Assembly (NCBI GenBank): GCA_963749495.1
Contig: CAVVMW010000001.1
Span: 320,001-384,000 of the forward strand
Direction: 5' to 3'
Origin: an uncultured bacterium
Lineage (GTDB): Bacteria; Verrucomicrobiota; Verrucomicrobiia; Limisphaerales; UBA8199
Length of the DNA: 64,000 bases
This document shows positions 32,326-42,582 of the stretch, in pieces. How positions within the stretch are numbered: the first letter of the stretch is position 1; each line of letters starts with the position of its first letter. The position numbers and the translations under genes were made by a program. A model generated the notes under the pieces. The model was given only the letters and a program-made list of their open reading frames with translations. It was not told the DNA's origin and made no database searches.

Positions 32326-34923
32326 ATGGCGCGTAAGACAGCCAGTGACGCGGACTCTCCGCGCGGGTTCAACGACATCATCGGCATCGTCCTGATGGCG
32401 CTTGCGGTGCTGTTGCTGGCGGCGCTGCTGTCCTACGACCCCCATGATGTGGCGGCGAACATCGTGCCGCCGAACCCCTCGGCGCGGAATTGGATTGGGC
32501 CGTTTGGCGCGCATCTGGCCTGTTACTCGTTTCTTGCCGCCGGCGCGGCGGCTTATGTGCTGCCGGTGCTGGGGCTCTTTGTCGGGCTGGGCTGCTTTTT
32601 CCAGTCGTTTTCTTATCTGCGGCGGCGCTGGCTCTGGACGGTGATCCTGTTCCTGTGTTGCGCCGGCCTCCTGGATCTCTATAGCGACCAACTGCCCGGT
32701 CTCCAGGCGCGGCTGGGGCTGGTCGGCGGCGTCCTGGGCGAGGCCCTGAACCGGCATCTCTTCGCCTACTTCGGCACGCCAGGGGCGACGATCCTCTTCC
32801 TGATGCTCTATTTCATCAGCCTGCTCTTTCTGACGAATTTCCAACTGGGCGAGTGGCTGCGCGGTCTCTTGAGCAAGCGGGCCGCCGCCGCCGCCGCGGC
32901 GGGGAGCCAGGAGGAGCCCCTCGAACACCGCGCGCGCGAGTTGCAGAAGCAGGCCCAGAAATTGCAGGAAGAGGTGGCCCGCTCCGGCCTGGGCGCCGAT
33001 CTCCAGCCCGTGCCCGAGCCTACCGTGCGCGACCTGAGCGTCCCGCAGACCAAGCCCGGCCAGGGGACCCGCGCCGGGAAGGGGGGCAAGACCGAACCGA
33101 GCGGGGCCGACGGCGAGGTCATCCCTGCCCACGAGGTTGCCGCCGCCACGACGGGCGACGTCCTTGGAAAGAAGCCCGAGGCGGGCGGCAAGCCCTCCGA
33201 GGCCGGCCCCGAGCCGCCTGCCCTCGCCAACGGCGACGGCAAGGCCGAGGGCCCCGAATCCGAGGCGCTCCCGGCGGCGGCCGGCGCCAAACCCAAGCTC
33301 ATGCCCAGGAAACCCAAGCCCATCGCCGTGGCGGCCGCCCCGATGATCGGCAACTACCAATTGCCTCCCCTGGACTTCCTCCAGCACCCCGACGCGACGC
33401 TCAAACCGACCGAATCCAAGGAAGAGCTGATGGCCAATGCGCGGCTCATGCAGCAGACCCTGGCGCAATTCGACATCGAGGTCTCGCTCGGGGACATCAC
33501 CAAGGGCCCGACCATCACGCGCTACGAGTTGCACCCGGCGCCGGGCGTGAAGCTGGAAAAGATCAGCGCCCTGGGCAACAACATCGCAGCGGCCCTCAAG
33601 GCCGAACGCATTCACATCCTGGCGCCGGTGCCGGGCAAGAGCTCGGTGGGCGTCGAGGTCCCCAATGCCATCAAGACCAAGGTCATCCTGCGCGACCTGC
33701 TCGAGTCCGAGGAATGGCGCGGCACCAAGGCGCGCATCCCGCTGGCCCTGGGCAAGGACGTTTATGGCAACCCCATCATGGCCGACCTGGCCGAGATGCC
33801 CCACCTGCTCATCGCCGGCAGCACCGGCTCCGGCAAATCCGTCTGCATCAATTCCATCATCACCTCGCTCCTTTACCGGTTCCCACCCGACCAACTCCGG
33901 TTTGTCATGATCGATCCCAAAGTGGTCGAACTGCAGCAATACAACTTGCTGCCCCACCTGGTGGTGCCCGTCGTGACCGACCCCAAGAAGGTCATCCTCG
34001 CCCTGCGCTGGGTCGTCAGCGAGATGGAGAAACGCTACCAGATCTTCGCCCGCGTGGGCGTGCGCAATATCGGCTCGTTCAACTCCAGACCCAAGGACAA
34101 GCCGCTGCCCCCGCGCGAACCGGAACTGCCCCTGATGGCCCGGAAGGAAAAGGTCGAGCCCGGCGCCGACGGCTTCGCCGTCGAGGTCGACGAGGAGATC
34201 GTCGTGCCGCGCGAGGAGGACATCGTCATCCCGGAGAAACTCAGCTACATCGTGGTCATCGTGGACGAGCTGGCCGACCTCATGCTCGTGGCGCCGGCGG
34301 ACGTTGAGATGGCCATCGCCCGCATCACGCAGATGGCGCGCGCCGCCGGCATCCACTGCATCCTCGCCACCCAGCGGCCCAGCGTTGATGTCATCACCGG
34401 GGTCATCAAGGCCAACATCCCCGCCCGCATCGCCTTCCAAGTGGCCGCCAAGGTCGATTCGCGCACGATTCTCGATGCCATGGGGGCCGACAAGCTCCTG
34501 GGCAAAGGCGACATGCTCTACCTGCCGCCCGGCTCCGCCAAACTCATTCGCGCCCAGGGCGCCCTCATCACCGACCAGGAAATCCAGAGCCTCGTCGAGT
34601 TCATCGCCAAACAGGGCAAACCCAGCTACGAGATGGAAATCCACCAGCAACTCTCCAGGCCCTCCAACGGGTTTGAGGACGAGAGCGCCTGCGACGAGGA
34701 CCAAGAACTCATCGAACAGTGCATCGAGGTCATTCGCAGCGAACAAAAGGCCAGCGTCTCGCTGCTCCAGCGCCGCCTTCGCCTGGGCTACGGCCGCGCC
34801 GCCCGCATCATGGATGAACTGGAGAACCGCGGCATTGTCGGCCCCAGCAAAGGCGCCGAGCCGCGCGACATCCTGATCGATCTCGACGGCCAAGGCGCCG
34901 ACGGGCGACCCAAGGGGGAATAG
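32326..34923 (+). CDS. ftsK: DNA translocase FtsK/SpoIIIE
   Basis: N-terminal 4TM region, PHLLIAGSTGSGKS, VDELADLM, ATQRPSVDVITG, gamma domain LQRRLRLGYGRAARIMD. Confidence 0.97.
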   Translation: MARKTASDADSPRGFNDIIGIVLMALAVLLLAALLSYDPHDVAANIVPPNPSARNWIGPFGAHLACYSFLAAGAAAYVLPVLGLFVGLGCFFQSFSYLRRRWLWTVILFLCCAGLLDLYSDQLPGLQARLGLVGGVLGEALNRHLFAYFGTPGATILFLMLYFISLLFLTNFQLGEWLRGLLSKRAAAAAAAGSQEEPLEHRARELQKQAQKLQEEVARSGLGADLQPVPEPTVRDLSVPQTKPGQGTRAGKGGKTEPSGADGEVIPAHEVAAATTGDVLGKKPEAGGKPSEAGPEPPALANGDGKAEGPESEALPAAAGAKPKLMPRKPKPIAVAAAPMIGNYQLPPLDFLQHPDATLKPTESKEELMANARLMQQTLAQFDIEVSLGDITKGPTITRYELHPAPGVKLEKISALGNNIAAALKAERIHILAPVPGKSSVGVEVPNAIKTKVILRDLLESEEWRGTKARIPLALGKDVYGNPIMADLAEMPHLLIAGSTGSGKSVCINSIITSLLYRFPPDQLRFVMIDPKVVELQQYNLLPHLVVPVVTDPKKVILALRWVVSEMEKRYQIFARVGVRNIGSFNSRPKDKPLPPREPELPLMARKEKVEPGADGFAVEVDEEIVVPREEDIVIPEKLSYIVVIVDELADLMLVAPADVEMAIARITQMARAAGIHCILATQRPSVDVITGVIKANIPARIAFQVAAKVDSRTILDAMGADKLLGKGDMLYLPPGSAKLIRAQGALITDQEIQSLVEFIAKQGKPSYEMEIHQQLSRPSNGFEDESACDEDQELIEQCIEVIRSEQKASVSLLQRRLRLGYGRAARIMDELENRGIVGPSKGAEPRDILIDLDGQGADGRPKGE

Positions 34924-34987
34924 AGACCTTCGTCGCAACCTTTGTCGCAACCTTTGTCGAAAATTAACCCCCGGACGTAATGCCTCA

Positions 34988-35105
34988 GAAGGTGTGAAAA
35001 AATGCCAAAACGGGTATCATCTATGAAAACACCCCTCTGTTTTCCTGGGGATTTTTGAGGATTTTTTCGGTCCTTGGCGCTGGAAATCGATTTTTTCACA
35101 CCTTC
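34988..35105. mobile_element. 118-bp AT-rich MITE, 16-bp perfect TIR GAAGGTGTGAAAAAAT, 3-bp flanking direct repeat TCA
   Basis: TIRs at 34988-35003 and 35090-35105; TCA at 34985-34987 and 35106-35108. Confidence 0.8.
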
Positions 35106-35354
35106 TCAAGGAAGGCGGGAGCGGCACCACGGGCAGACCCCTCACCCCGACCCTCTCCCCTTCCGAAGGGGAGAGGGAGGCTTTTTGGCAGCGGCTTGAG
35201 AAACCGGAGACGCCTGGAATTCCCAGAGACTGCCGAGGCTTCTCCCTCTCCCCTTCGGAAGGGGAGAGGGCTGGGGTGAGGGGTTCGCCGGGGACTCCGT
35301 TTCCGGCCTCACTGACCGATTACCGGAAAAGGTTGAGACAAAGGCGTCCCCGGA

Positions 35355-36155
35355 TCAACCCTTGCCCGCCCCCAGCCCCTTGAGGAACGGCGTGAACAGG
35401 TCGATGGGCACCGGGAGGAAGGTGGTCGTATTGTGCTCGCTGGAGATCTCGCGCATGGTCTGGAGGAAGCGCAGTTGGAGGGCGATGGGCTCTTTGCCGA
35501 TCAGGGCGGCGGCCTGCACCATTTTCTCGGCGGCTTGGAATTCGCCCTCGGCGTTGACGATCTTCGCGCGGCGCTCGCGTTCGGCCTCGGCTTGTTTGGC
35601 CATCGCCCGCTTCATGCTGTCGGGCAGCGCCACGTCTTTGACCTCGACGGCGGTGACCTTGACGCCCCACGGCTCGGTTTGGCGGTCGATAATCTCCTGC
35701 AACTTCTGATTGATCACATCGCGTTGCGAGAGCAGGTCGTCCAACGAGGCCTGGCCCAGGACGCTCCGCAGGGTGGTCTGCGCAATGAGCGAAGTCGCCT
35801 TCCAGAAATTCTCGACCTTCACCACGGAAGCGATGGGATCGACGACCCGGAAATAGACCACCGCGTCCACCGTCGCGGGCACGTTGTCGCGGGTCATGAT
35901 TTCTTGCTTCGAAACGTTGATGGTGACCACCCGCAGGTCCATCTTCACCATCTTGTCGATGACGGGCCAGAGCAGGATCAGCCCCGGCCCCTTGGCCCCG
36001 AGCAGCTTGCCGAGGCGGAAGATGACCCCGCGCTCGTACTCGCGCAGGATGCGAATGGCCTGGGGCAGCACAATCGCCGCCAAAACAACCAACGCTGCGA
36101 TCCAACCGGTCAGGTTGGCCAGTCTGTGTGCTGCATCTTCCAATACGGGGGGCAT
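35355..36155 (-). CDS. SPFH/stomatin-like (slipin) protein
   Basis: [36 protein letters not shown]. Confidence 0.95.
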   Translation of the reverse strand: MPPVLEDAAHRLANLTGWIAALVVLAAIVLPQAIRILREYERGVIFRLGKLLGAKGPGLILLWPVIDKMVKMDLRVVTINVSKQEIMTRDNVPATVDAVVYFRVVDPIASVVKVENFWKATSLIAQTTLRSVLGQASLDDLLSQRDVINQKLQEIIDRQTEPWGVKVTAVEVKDVALPDSMKRAMAKQAEAERERRAKIVNAEGEFQAAEKMVQAAALIGKEPIALQLRFLQTMREISSEHNTTTFLPVPIDLFTPFLKGLGAGKG

Positions 36156-36235
36156 AGTCTTGATTCCGGGTTGAGAGCCCATCGGTGGGGCAGGCATCCT
36201 GCCTGCCCTGCAGCGATGGGCTCCGTGGGTTTAGT

Positions 36236-37516
36236 TCACGCGCTTTTGGGTTTTACTTTCAAAGTCAGTCCGTCAATGCCGACGATCTCGACCGGCTGGC
36301 CTGCCTCGACGGGGACATCGCTTCGGGCATTCCAGTATTCGCCTTCCACGAAGACCTTGCCGCTGTTCGAGTCAATGGGCTCGAGGGCCGGGACGGTCTT
36401 GCCCAGCATCGTCTCCTTGCCCGCGCGCACGGGCAGGAATTGCGCCCGCAGCCCGGCGCCGACAATAAAGATGAAGAATGCCGCCGTCAGGAGTGTCGCC
36501 GGGATGATATACGCCAGCGAGAGGCGAAAGGCGGGGTCCGAACGGTTGAACACCATCACCGCCCCGAGGAAGAACGAGACGATGCCGCCGAAGGTCAGCA
36601 CGCCGTGGGTGGGGGCGAAGATGTCGATGATGAACAATGCCATGGCCAGGAGAATCAGCGCCAACCCGGCCACATTGACCGGCAGGCTGGCGGACATATA
36701 GAGCAGGAGGATGAGGGCAATGCCCCCGACCACGCCGGGCAGGATGGCGCCCGGATTGCTCAACTCACCGATGATCCCGTAAATGGCGGCCAGCATGAGC
36801 ACCAACATCACCTCGGGCCGCCAGAACAGTTGGAAGAGCTTCTCCCGGAGGACCATCGGGATGTCCACCACCCTCGCGCCGGCAGTCACAAGGGTCTTGC
36901 CGTTGACAGTGCGCCCCTGGAGCTTGCCGAGCAGGTCGGGCAGGTTCTTGGCGAGCAGGTCGATGACCTTGAGCTCGAGGGCCTTCTCCGAGGTGATGGA
37001 CGCGCTCTCGCGGACGGCGGACATGGCCCACTCGGCGTTGCGCCCGCGCTTCTCGGCGATGGCCTCGATGGAACTGCTGGCGAAATTCTCCAGCTTCTGC
37101 TTCATCACGTCGTCGAGTTTCTCGCCGGCCCCGCCCAGCGCCAGGACCGGGTGGGCGGCGCCGATGCTGGTATTGGGGGCCATCGCCGCAATGTCCGCGG
37201 CCATGGTGATGAAACACCCGGCGCTGGTCGCGCTGGCCCCGGACGGCGCGACATAGACCACTGTCGGGACGGGCGAGGCGTAGAATTTCTGGACGATCTG
37301 CTTGGTGGATTCGAGCAGCCCGCCCGGGGTGTCCAGTTGAATCACCAGGCAGGCGTCATCGCGGGCGCCCGCCAGGTCAATGGCGCGCGCAATGTAACTG
37401 GCCGTGGCCAGCCCGATCGCGCCATCGATCTTGATCAAGCTCACGTCGGCGGCCCGCGCACTGGCCGCCGCCCCGCTCACCAGCGCCGCCGCCAGGATGA
37501 TCACCCAGGATCTCAT
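36236..37516 (-). CDS. nfeD: NfeD-family membrane-bound ClpP-class serine protease
   Basis: LDTPGG, ATSAG, SIGAAHPV, multiple TMs, C-terminal GKVFVEGEYWNA OB fold; paired with slipin. Confidence 0.92.
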   Translation of the reverse strand: MRSWVIILAAALVSGAAASARAADVSLIKIDGAIGLATASYIARAIDLAGARDDACLVIQLDTPGGLLESTKQIVQKFYASPVPTVVYVAPSGASATSAGCFITMAADIAAMAPNTSIGAAHPVLALGGAGEKLDDVMKQKLENFASSSIEAIAEKRGRNAEWAMSAVRESASITSEKALELKVIDLLAKNLPDLLGKLQGRTVNGKTLVTAGARVVDIPMVLREKLFQLFWRPEVMLVLMLAAIYGIIGELSNPGAILPGVVGGIALILLLYMSASLPVNVAGLALILLAMALFIIDIFAPTHGVLTFGGIVSFFLGAVMVFNRSDPAFRLSLAYIIPATLLTAAFFIFIVGAGLRAQFLPVRAGKETMLGKTVPALEPIDSNSGKVFVEGEYWNARSDVPVEAGQPVEIVGIDGLTLKVKPKSA

Positions 37517-37731
37517 ATTGTCCGCGTTCTGCCTCACACTATCAGACCTGGCCCAAAGCGCAACGAGTATTCACTGTTGTCACCGGCGCAGCTAAGCCCG
37601 CCAGGTTTGGACTGGGCCAGTCCTCTGGCGCTTTCGTGTTCCCAGGGTCCAAAAAGCGCCAGAGGACTGGCGCAGTCCAAAACGCTTCGCAACGTCTGCC
37701 GCGCTCTGACGCCCCCACGCTCCGGCGCGCC

Positions 37732-38890
37732 TCACACCGGCAGCATGTCGACCACCCGGTCCAGTTCAGCGTTAGTGTTGTAAAAATGAGGCGAGAGGCG
37801 GATGTATTTCCGGCCGGAGCGTTCGGTGCGCAAGGAGGTGACGATAGCGGCGTCGAGCAGTTTGCGGTGCAGGGCGGGGAGGTCGGCGCCGGGGATGTCA
37901 AAGGAGACGATGCCGCTGCCGTTTTCGGACGGGGCGTCGGGGTGCAGGACGGAGCAGCCCTTGGCCTGCAAGGCGGCCAGCAGGCGCGCCCGTTTGCGCA
38001 GCACCTCCCGCGCGATGGCCTCCACGCCCACCTCCAGCAGCAGCTCCATCCCCTGGATCAGGCCGACCAGGCCCAGCAGGTTGTAAGTGCCCGCCTCGTA
38101 TTTCTGGGCGCCGGGGCGCAGGACCAACTGTTCCTGGGCGACGAAATCCGGGCAGCGCACATTGTTCCATCCGTAAATGGGCGGGTTGAGCCGCTCCTGG
38201 ACCGAGCGCCGCACATACATGAGGCCCGCGCCGCAAGGACCCAGCAGCCACTTGTGCGCGTCCGCCGCCAGCAGGTCCACGTGCTCGGTCCTCAACGGGA
38301 AGGCCCCCAGGGTCTGGATGGCGTCCACGCAAAAGAGGATGTTGCGAGCGCGCAGGAATTGGCCGATGGCCTCCAGGTCGATGCGGTAACCGCTGATGAA
38401 ATGGCACGACGCCAGCGCCACCAGCCGCGTGTTCTCGTCCACCTGCCCCATGATGTCCTGGGGCCGGATCAACCCCAGCCCACGCGTGTTGAGCAGCCGC
38501 ACCTCCACTCCCCGCTCCGCCAGCGCCATCCACGGATAGACGTTCGAGGGATAATCATCGAAATAGACCAGGAGATTGTCGTGCCGCCGGAACTTGAGGC
38601 CGCTGGCCATGAAGCTCAGCGCCAGCGACGTGGGCCCCACCAAGGCGACTTCATCGGTCTGGCATTGGAGCAACTGCGACGCCACCCGCCGCCCGTGCTC
38701 CAGGATTTGTGGATAGATGAAAGACTCCTGGTCGCCCGTGGCCGCCTCCAGGGCGTAGCGCGACACCGCCTGGGCGACGCGCCGTGGCAGCGGGCAGACC
38801 CCCGCGTGAGCCAGAAAGACCTTCTCGCGGACCACCGGGAACTCGCCCCGGCGCAGACTCTTCATTGGCCAATACTTCCGTCAATGTCAC
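37732..38890 (-). CDS. Class V PLP-dependent aminotransferase / cysteine desulfurase-like; probable one-base frameshift near 38858
   Basis: VDAIQTLG, DAHKWLLGP, YEAGT, RLSPHFYN. Upstream frame from GTG 38890 gives MTLTEVLANEE. Confidence 0.88.
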
Positions 38891-38943
38891 GGCCTGAAGG
38901 TAAACAATGCAGGGGAAACTGCAACTCGGCCGGAGAATGGGGG

Positions 38944-39125
38944 GAATGACGAATGACGAATGACGAATGACGAAGGACGAATGACGAATGACGAAGGACG
39001 AATGACGAATGACGAATGACGAATGACGAATGACGAATGACGAATGTAGCGTCCCTTTCGTCGCTTTTGTCCCTTTTGTCCCTTTTGTCCCTTGGTTCGT
39101 CATTCGTCATTCGTCATTCGTCATT
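38944..39125. repeat. Long (GAATGAC)n array opposed by (GTCATTC)n, with 9-bp TGTCCCTTT repeats between
   Basis: Read directly; lies in a divergent promoter region. Confidence 0.95.
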
Positions 39126-39158
39126 GACCCCGCCCCTCCGGTCGGCTAAAACGGCGCC

Positions 39159-40013
39159 ATGATCCATATAGGAATCCACACCGATAACTGGCGGCCGCTG
39201 AGCATCGGGTTCGAGGCCGCCTGCCAGAAGGTTGCCGCCACCGGGCTCAAGCACATCGAGTTCTGCTCGATTCACGGCCAGAACTTCATCGCCGCTCTGG
39301 GGTATGACCCGGGCGTTTCCCTCCAATCCAATCCCCGCGCCATCCGGCGGTTCCTGGACAAGCTGGGGCTGGTGGTCTCCCAGATCGATGGCTCCTATCC
39401 GATGATGGGGCCCAACGGCTCGGCCTACGGCGTCCAGTATGTGACCCAGACCATTCGTTTTGCGGCGGAGTTGGGCTGCCCGATGGTCAATACGGTGGAC
39501 GGCGCGTTCGAGACGCCGGGGTTGAGCCGCAAAGAGGTCTTCCGCATCACCTGCGACAACTACCGCCAATGCCTGGCCTGGGCGGAGGACTACCAGATCA
39601 CTATCAACGTCGAGCCCCACGGCCCTTATACGAACGACATCCAGTTCATGCAGGACCTCTTCCAGAGCCTGAACTCCCAGTACCTCCGCTGCAACTTCGA
39701 CACGGGCAATACCTTCATTGCCGGCCACAACCCCCTCGATTACCTCAAGGCCCTCCGCAAATACGTCGTCCATTGCCACATCAAGGATGTCAGTCCTGCC
39801 CTGGCGGCCGCGGTGCGCGGCGAGGAAACCGGCATCGGCAGCTCCGAGGTCCACGTCGGCGGCGGCGTCAACGCCGACAACATCCACGCCTGCCTCGCCT
39901 ACCTCCACCAGACCGGCTGGGAGGGCGTCGTGTCGCTGGAGTGCAGCGGCACCGACGAAAACACGCGCAAGAGCGTCGAGTGGATTACGGGGGTGGTGAA
40001 GGCGCTGGGGTAA
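39159..40013 (+). CDS. Sugar phosphate isomerase/epimerase (AP endonuclease 2 TIM barrel)
   Basis: NVEPH, NFDTGN, HCHIKD, SLE metal-binding motifs. Confidence 0.9.
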   Translation: MIHIGIHTDNWRPLSIGFEAACQKVAATGLKHIEFCSIHGQNFIAALGYDPGVSLQSNPRAIRRFLDKLGLVVSQIDGSYPMMGPNGSAYGVQYVTQTIRFAAELGCPMVNTVDGAFETPGLSRKEVFRITCDNYRQCLAWAEDYQITINVEPHGPYTNDIQFMQDLFQSLNSQYLRCNFDTGNTFIAGHNPLDYLKALRKYVVHCHIKDVSPALAAAVRGEETGIGSSEVHVGGGVNADNIHACLAYLHQTGWEGVVSLECSGTDENTRKSVEWITGVVKALG

Positions 40014-40049
40014 GGGGAGGAATGACGAATGACGAATGACGAATGACGA

Positions 40050-41000
40050 ATGACGAGTGTCAACCATCAGGGGGCGCGCGAGATCTTTCACCGGTTGGCC
40101 GCCAACATCGCGCGGGTCATGCGCGGCCAGGCGGGTTCGACCCGCAAGCTCCTGGCCGCCCTGGCCAGCGGCGGGCACGTCCTGCTGGAGGACTTCCCTG
40201 GCACGGGCAAGACCACGCTGGCCAAGGCCCTGGCCCGCTCGATTGACGCCCAGTTCAAGCGCATCCAGTTCACGCCCGACTTGCTGCCCTCGGACATCCT
40301 GGGCGTGTCGGTCTTCAGCCAGCGCGACCAGCAGTTCCATTTTCACGAGGGGCCGGTCTTCACCAACATCCTCCTGGCCGATGAGATCAACCGGGCGTCG
40401 CCCCGCACGCAATCGGCCCTGCTGGAGGCCATGGGCGAGCGGCAGGTGAGCGTGGACGGCGCCCGGCGCGACCTGGCGGAGCTGTTTTTTGTCATCGCCA
40501 CAGAGAACCCGGTCGAGTTCCGCGGCACCTACCCGCTGCCCGAGGCGCAGATGGACCGGTTTGCGATGCAATTCACCCTGGGCTATGTGCCCTCGGCCGA
40601 AGAAGTGGCTATCCTCAGCGCGCAGGAGTTCAATCACCCCCTGGACGAACTGCAGCCCTGCGCCACGCTGGCGGAGCTCCTCGCCCTCAAACGCGCCGTC
40701 CAGCAGGTGCGGATGAGCCAGGAACTCAAGCGCTACACGGTGGACCTGGTCGGCGCCACCCGCTCGGCCCCGGGCGTCCAACTGGGCGCCAGTCCCCGCG
40801 CCTCGATCAGCCTCATGAAGGCCGCGCAAGCCCTGGCCCTCTTCGACGGCCTGGACTTCGTCGCCCCCGAGCAGATCCAGGAGTTGGCCGTGCCCGCCAT
40901 CGCGCACCGCCTGGTGATGGAGCCGCAGGCGCGCTTCTCCGGCCAGACCGCGCAGCGCGTGGTGGAGGACGTGCTCAAGAAGATTAAGGTGCCGGCGTAG
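40050..41000 (+). CDS. MoxR-family AAA+ ATPase
   Basis: EDFPGTGKT, RIQFTPDLLPSD, LADEINR, LPEAQMDRF. Confidence 0.95.
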   Translation: MTSVNHQGAREIFHRLAANIARVMRGQAGSTRKLLAALASGGHVLLEDFPGTGKTTLAKALARSIDAQFKRIQFTPDLLPSDILGVSVFSQRDQQFHFHEGPVFTNILLADEINRASPRTQSALLEAMGERQVSVDGARRDLAELFFVIATENPVEFRGTYPLPEAQMDRFAMQFTLGYVPSAEEVAILSAQEFNHPLDELQPCATLAELLALKRAVQQVRMSQELKRYTVDLVGATRSAPGVQLGASPRASISLMKAAQALALFDGLDFVAPEQIQELAVPAIAHRLVMEPQARFSGQTAQRVVEDVLKKIKVPA

Positions 41001-41039
41001 CTTGAGCCCAAGGGCATGGTTTATGAAAGTGTAAGGCGC

Positions 41040-41192
41040 GAAACGTGATGCGTGAAACGTGATGCGTGAAACGTGAAACGTGAAACGTGAAATCTGACAC
41101 TTGAAATCTGAAACCTGAGACGGCCCCATGAGCTGCGATGACGCCCACGGCCACGCTTTGGGGAGGTTCACGTTTCACGTTTCACGTTTCAC
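41040..41192. repeat. Heptamer array (GAAACGT and variants) with opposed (TTTCACG)n
   Basis: Read directly. Confidence 0.9.
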
Positions 41193-41213
41193 GCATCCTG
41201 CATCACACCGTCT

Positions 41214-42580
41214 ATGAAGGTGCGCACGACATACCGTCCGCTTTTCGCGCTCCTCTATCGTCTCTACCGTTTGGGCACGGGGCTGTGGCGATGGGCGCAG
41301 CGGCGCTTTACGCCACCCGGCCTGGCGTTGGCGGCGGTGACGGTGGCGGCGATGGGGATGGGCCTGGACACGGACAGCAACATGGATTACCAGGCCTTCA
41401 TGCTGCTGGCGGGGTTATTGGCAGTGGCCGTGGCGTGCGGTTGGTGGTCGTTTCGAGGGCGTTTCTCCGCCACGCGGATGTTGCCCAGGTTCGGCACAGC
41501 CGGCGTGCCGCTCCACTACACGGTGCTGGTCAAGAACCTGGCCAACCGCACTCAGCGCGGGCTGACCCTGCTGGAGGACCTGGCGGACTCGAGGCCGTCG
41601 TTCCAGGACTGGCTGGCGGTCCAGCTTGATGATGAGAGACAACTCCGCTCGTTCCGGTTCAGCCAGCGCCGGCGCTTGAATCCTTTCAGGGCGGCGGTGC
41701 TCAAAGAAGCTGCTGTTCCTGCCGTGGCGCCCAACCAGGAGGTCGAGGTCCAGGTCGAGTTGACCCCGTTGCAGCGGGGGCTGTTGCGGCTCAGCGGCGT
41801 CACGCTGGCCAGCCCCGACCCGCTGGGCCTGTTTCGTGCCCTGTCCAAAGTGCCGCTGCCCCAGACCACGCTCATCCTGCCCAAACGCTACTTCCTGCCC
41901 CCCATCGCCCTGCCGGGCGCCATGAAATACCAGCAAGGCGGCGTCGCCCTCTCCTCCAGCGTTGGCCAGAGTGATGAGTTCGTTGCCCTGCGCGACTATC
42001 GCCAGGGTGATCCCATGCGCCATATCCACTGGCGGACATGGGCCAAGGCCGGCAAGCCGGTCGTCAAGGAGTTCGAAGACGAGTTTTTCGTCCGCCATGC
42101 CCTGGTGCTCGACACCTTCACCGATTCCTTGGCTCTCGATGTCTTCGAAGAGGCCGTGTCGGTCGCGGCCTCCTTTGCCTGCACCATCCAAACCCAGGAG
42201 TCGCTCCTGGACCTGTTGTTTGTGGGGACGGAGTCCTTCTGCTTCACGGCGGGACGCGGCCTGGCGCAGGCCGACCAGATGCTGGAGATCCTGGCCTCGG
42301 TGCGCCCCTGCCGCGACCGGCCCTTTAGCGCGCTCGAACACCTGGTGCTCGAGCGCATCAACGTCGTCAGCGGCTGCGTCTGCGTCTTGGTCGCCTGGGA
42401 CCCGCCGCGGCGGCAGTTCGTCGAGAAACTCAAGCTCCTGGGCGTGCCATTGCGGGTCCTGGTCATCGTGGCCCCGGGCGCCGCCGTCTCCCTCGACCCG
42501 GGCCCCTCAGGGACGAATCCGGCAGTTTCCGCGTCCTGGAGGTGGGCAAGGTCGAATCGGGCCTGGGCGCATTAGGATGA
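41214..42580 (+). CDS. DUF58 protein with N-terminal TMs; probable one-base deletion near 42505 affecting the C-terminus
   Basis: DPLGLF, EFVALRDYRQGDPMRHIHW, VKEFEDE. Confidence 0.88.
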
Positions 42581-42582
42581 TT

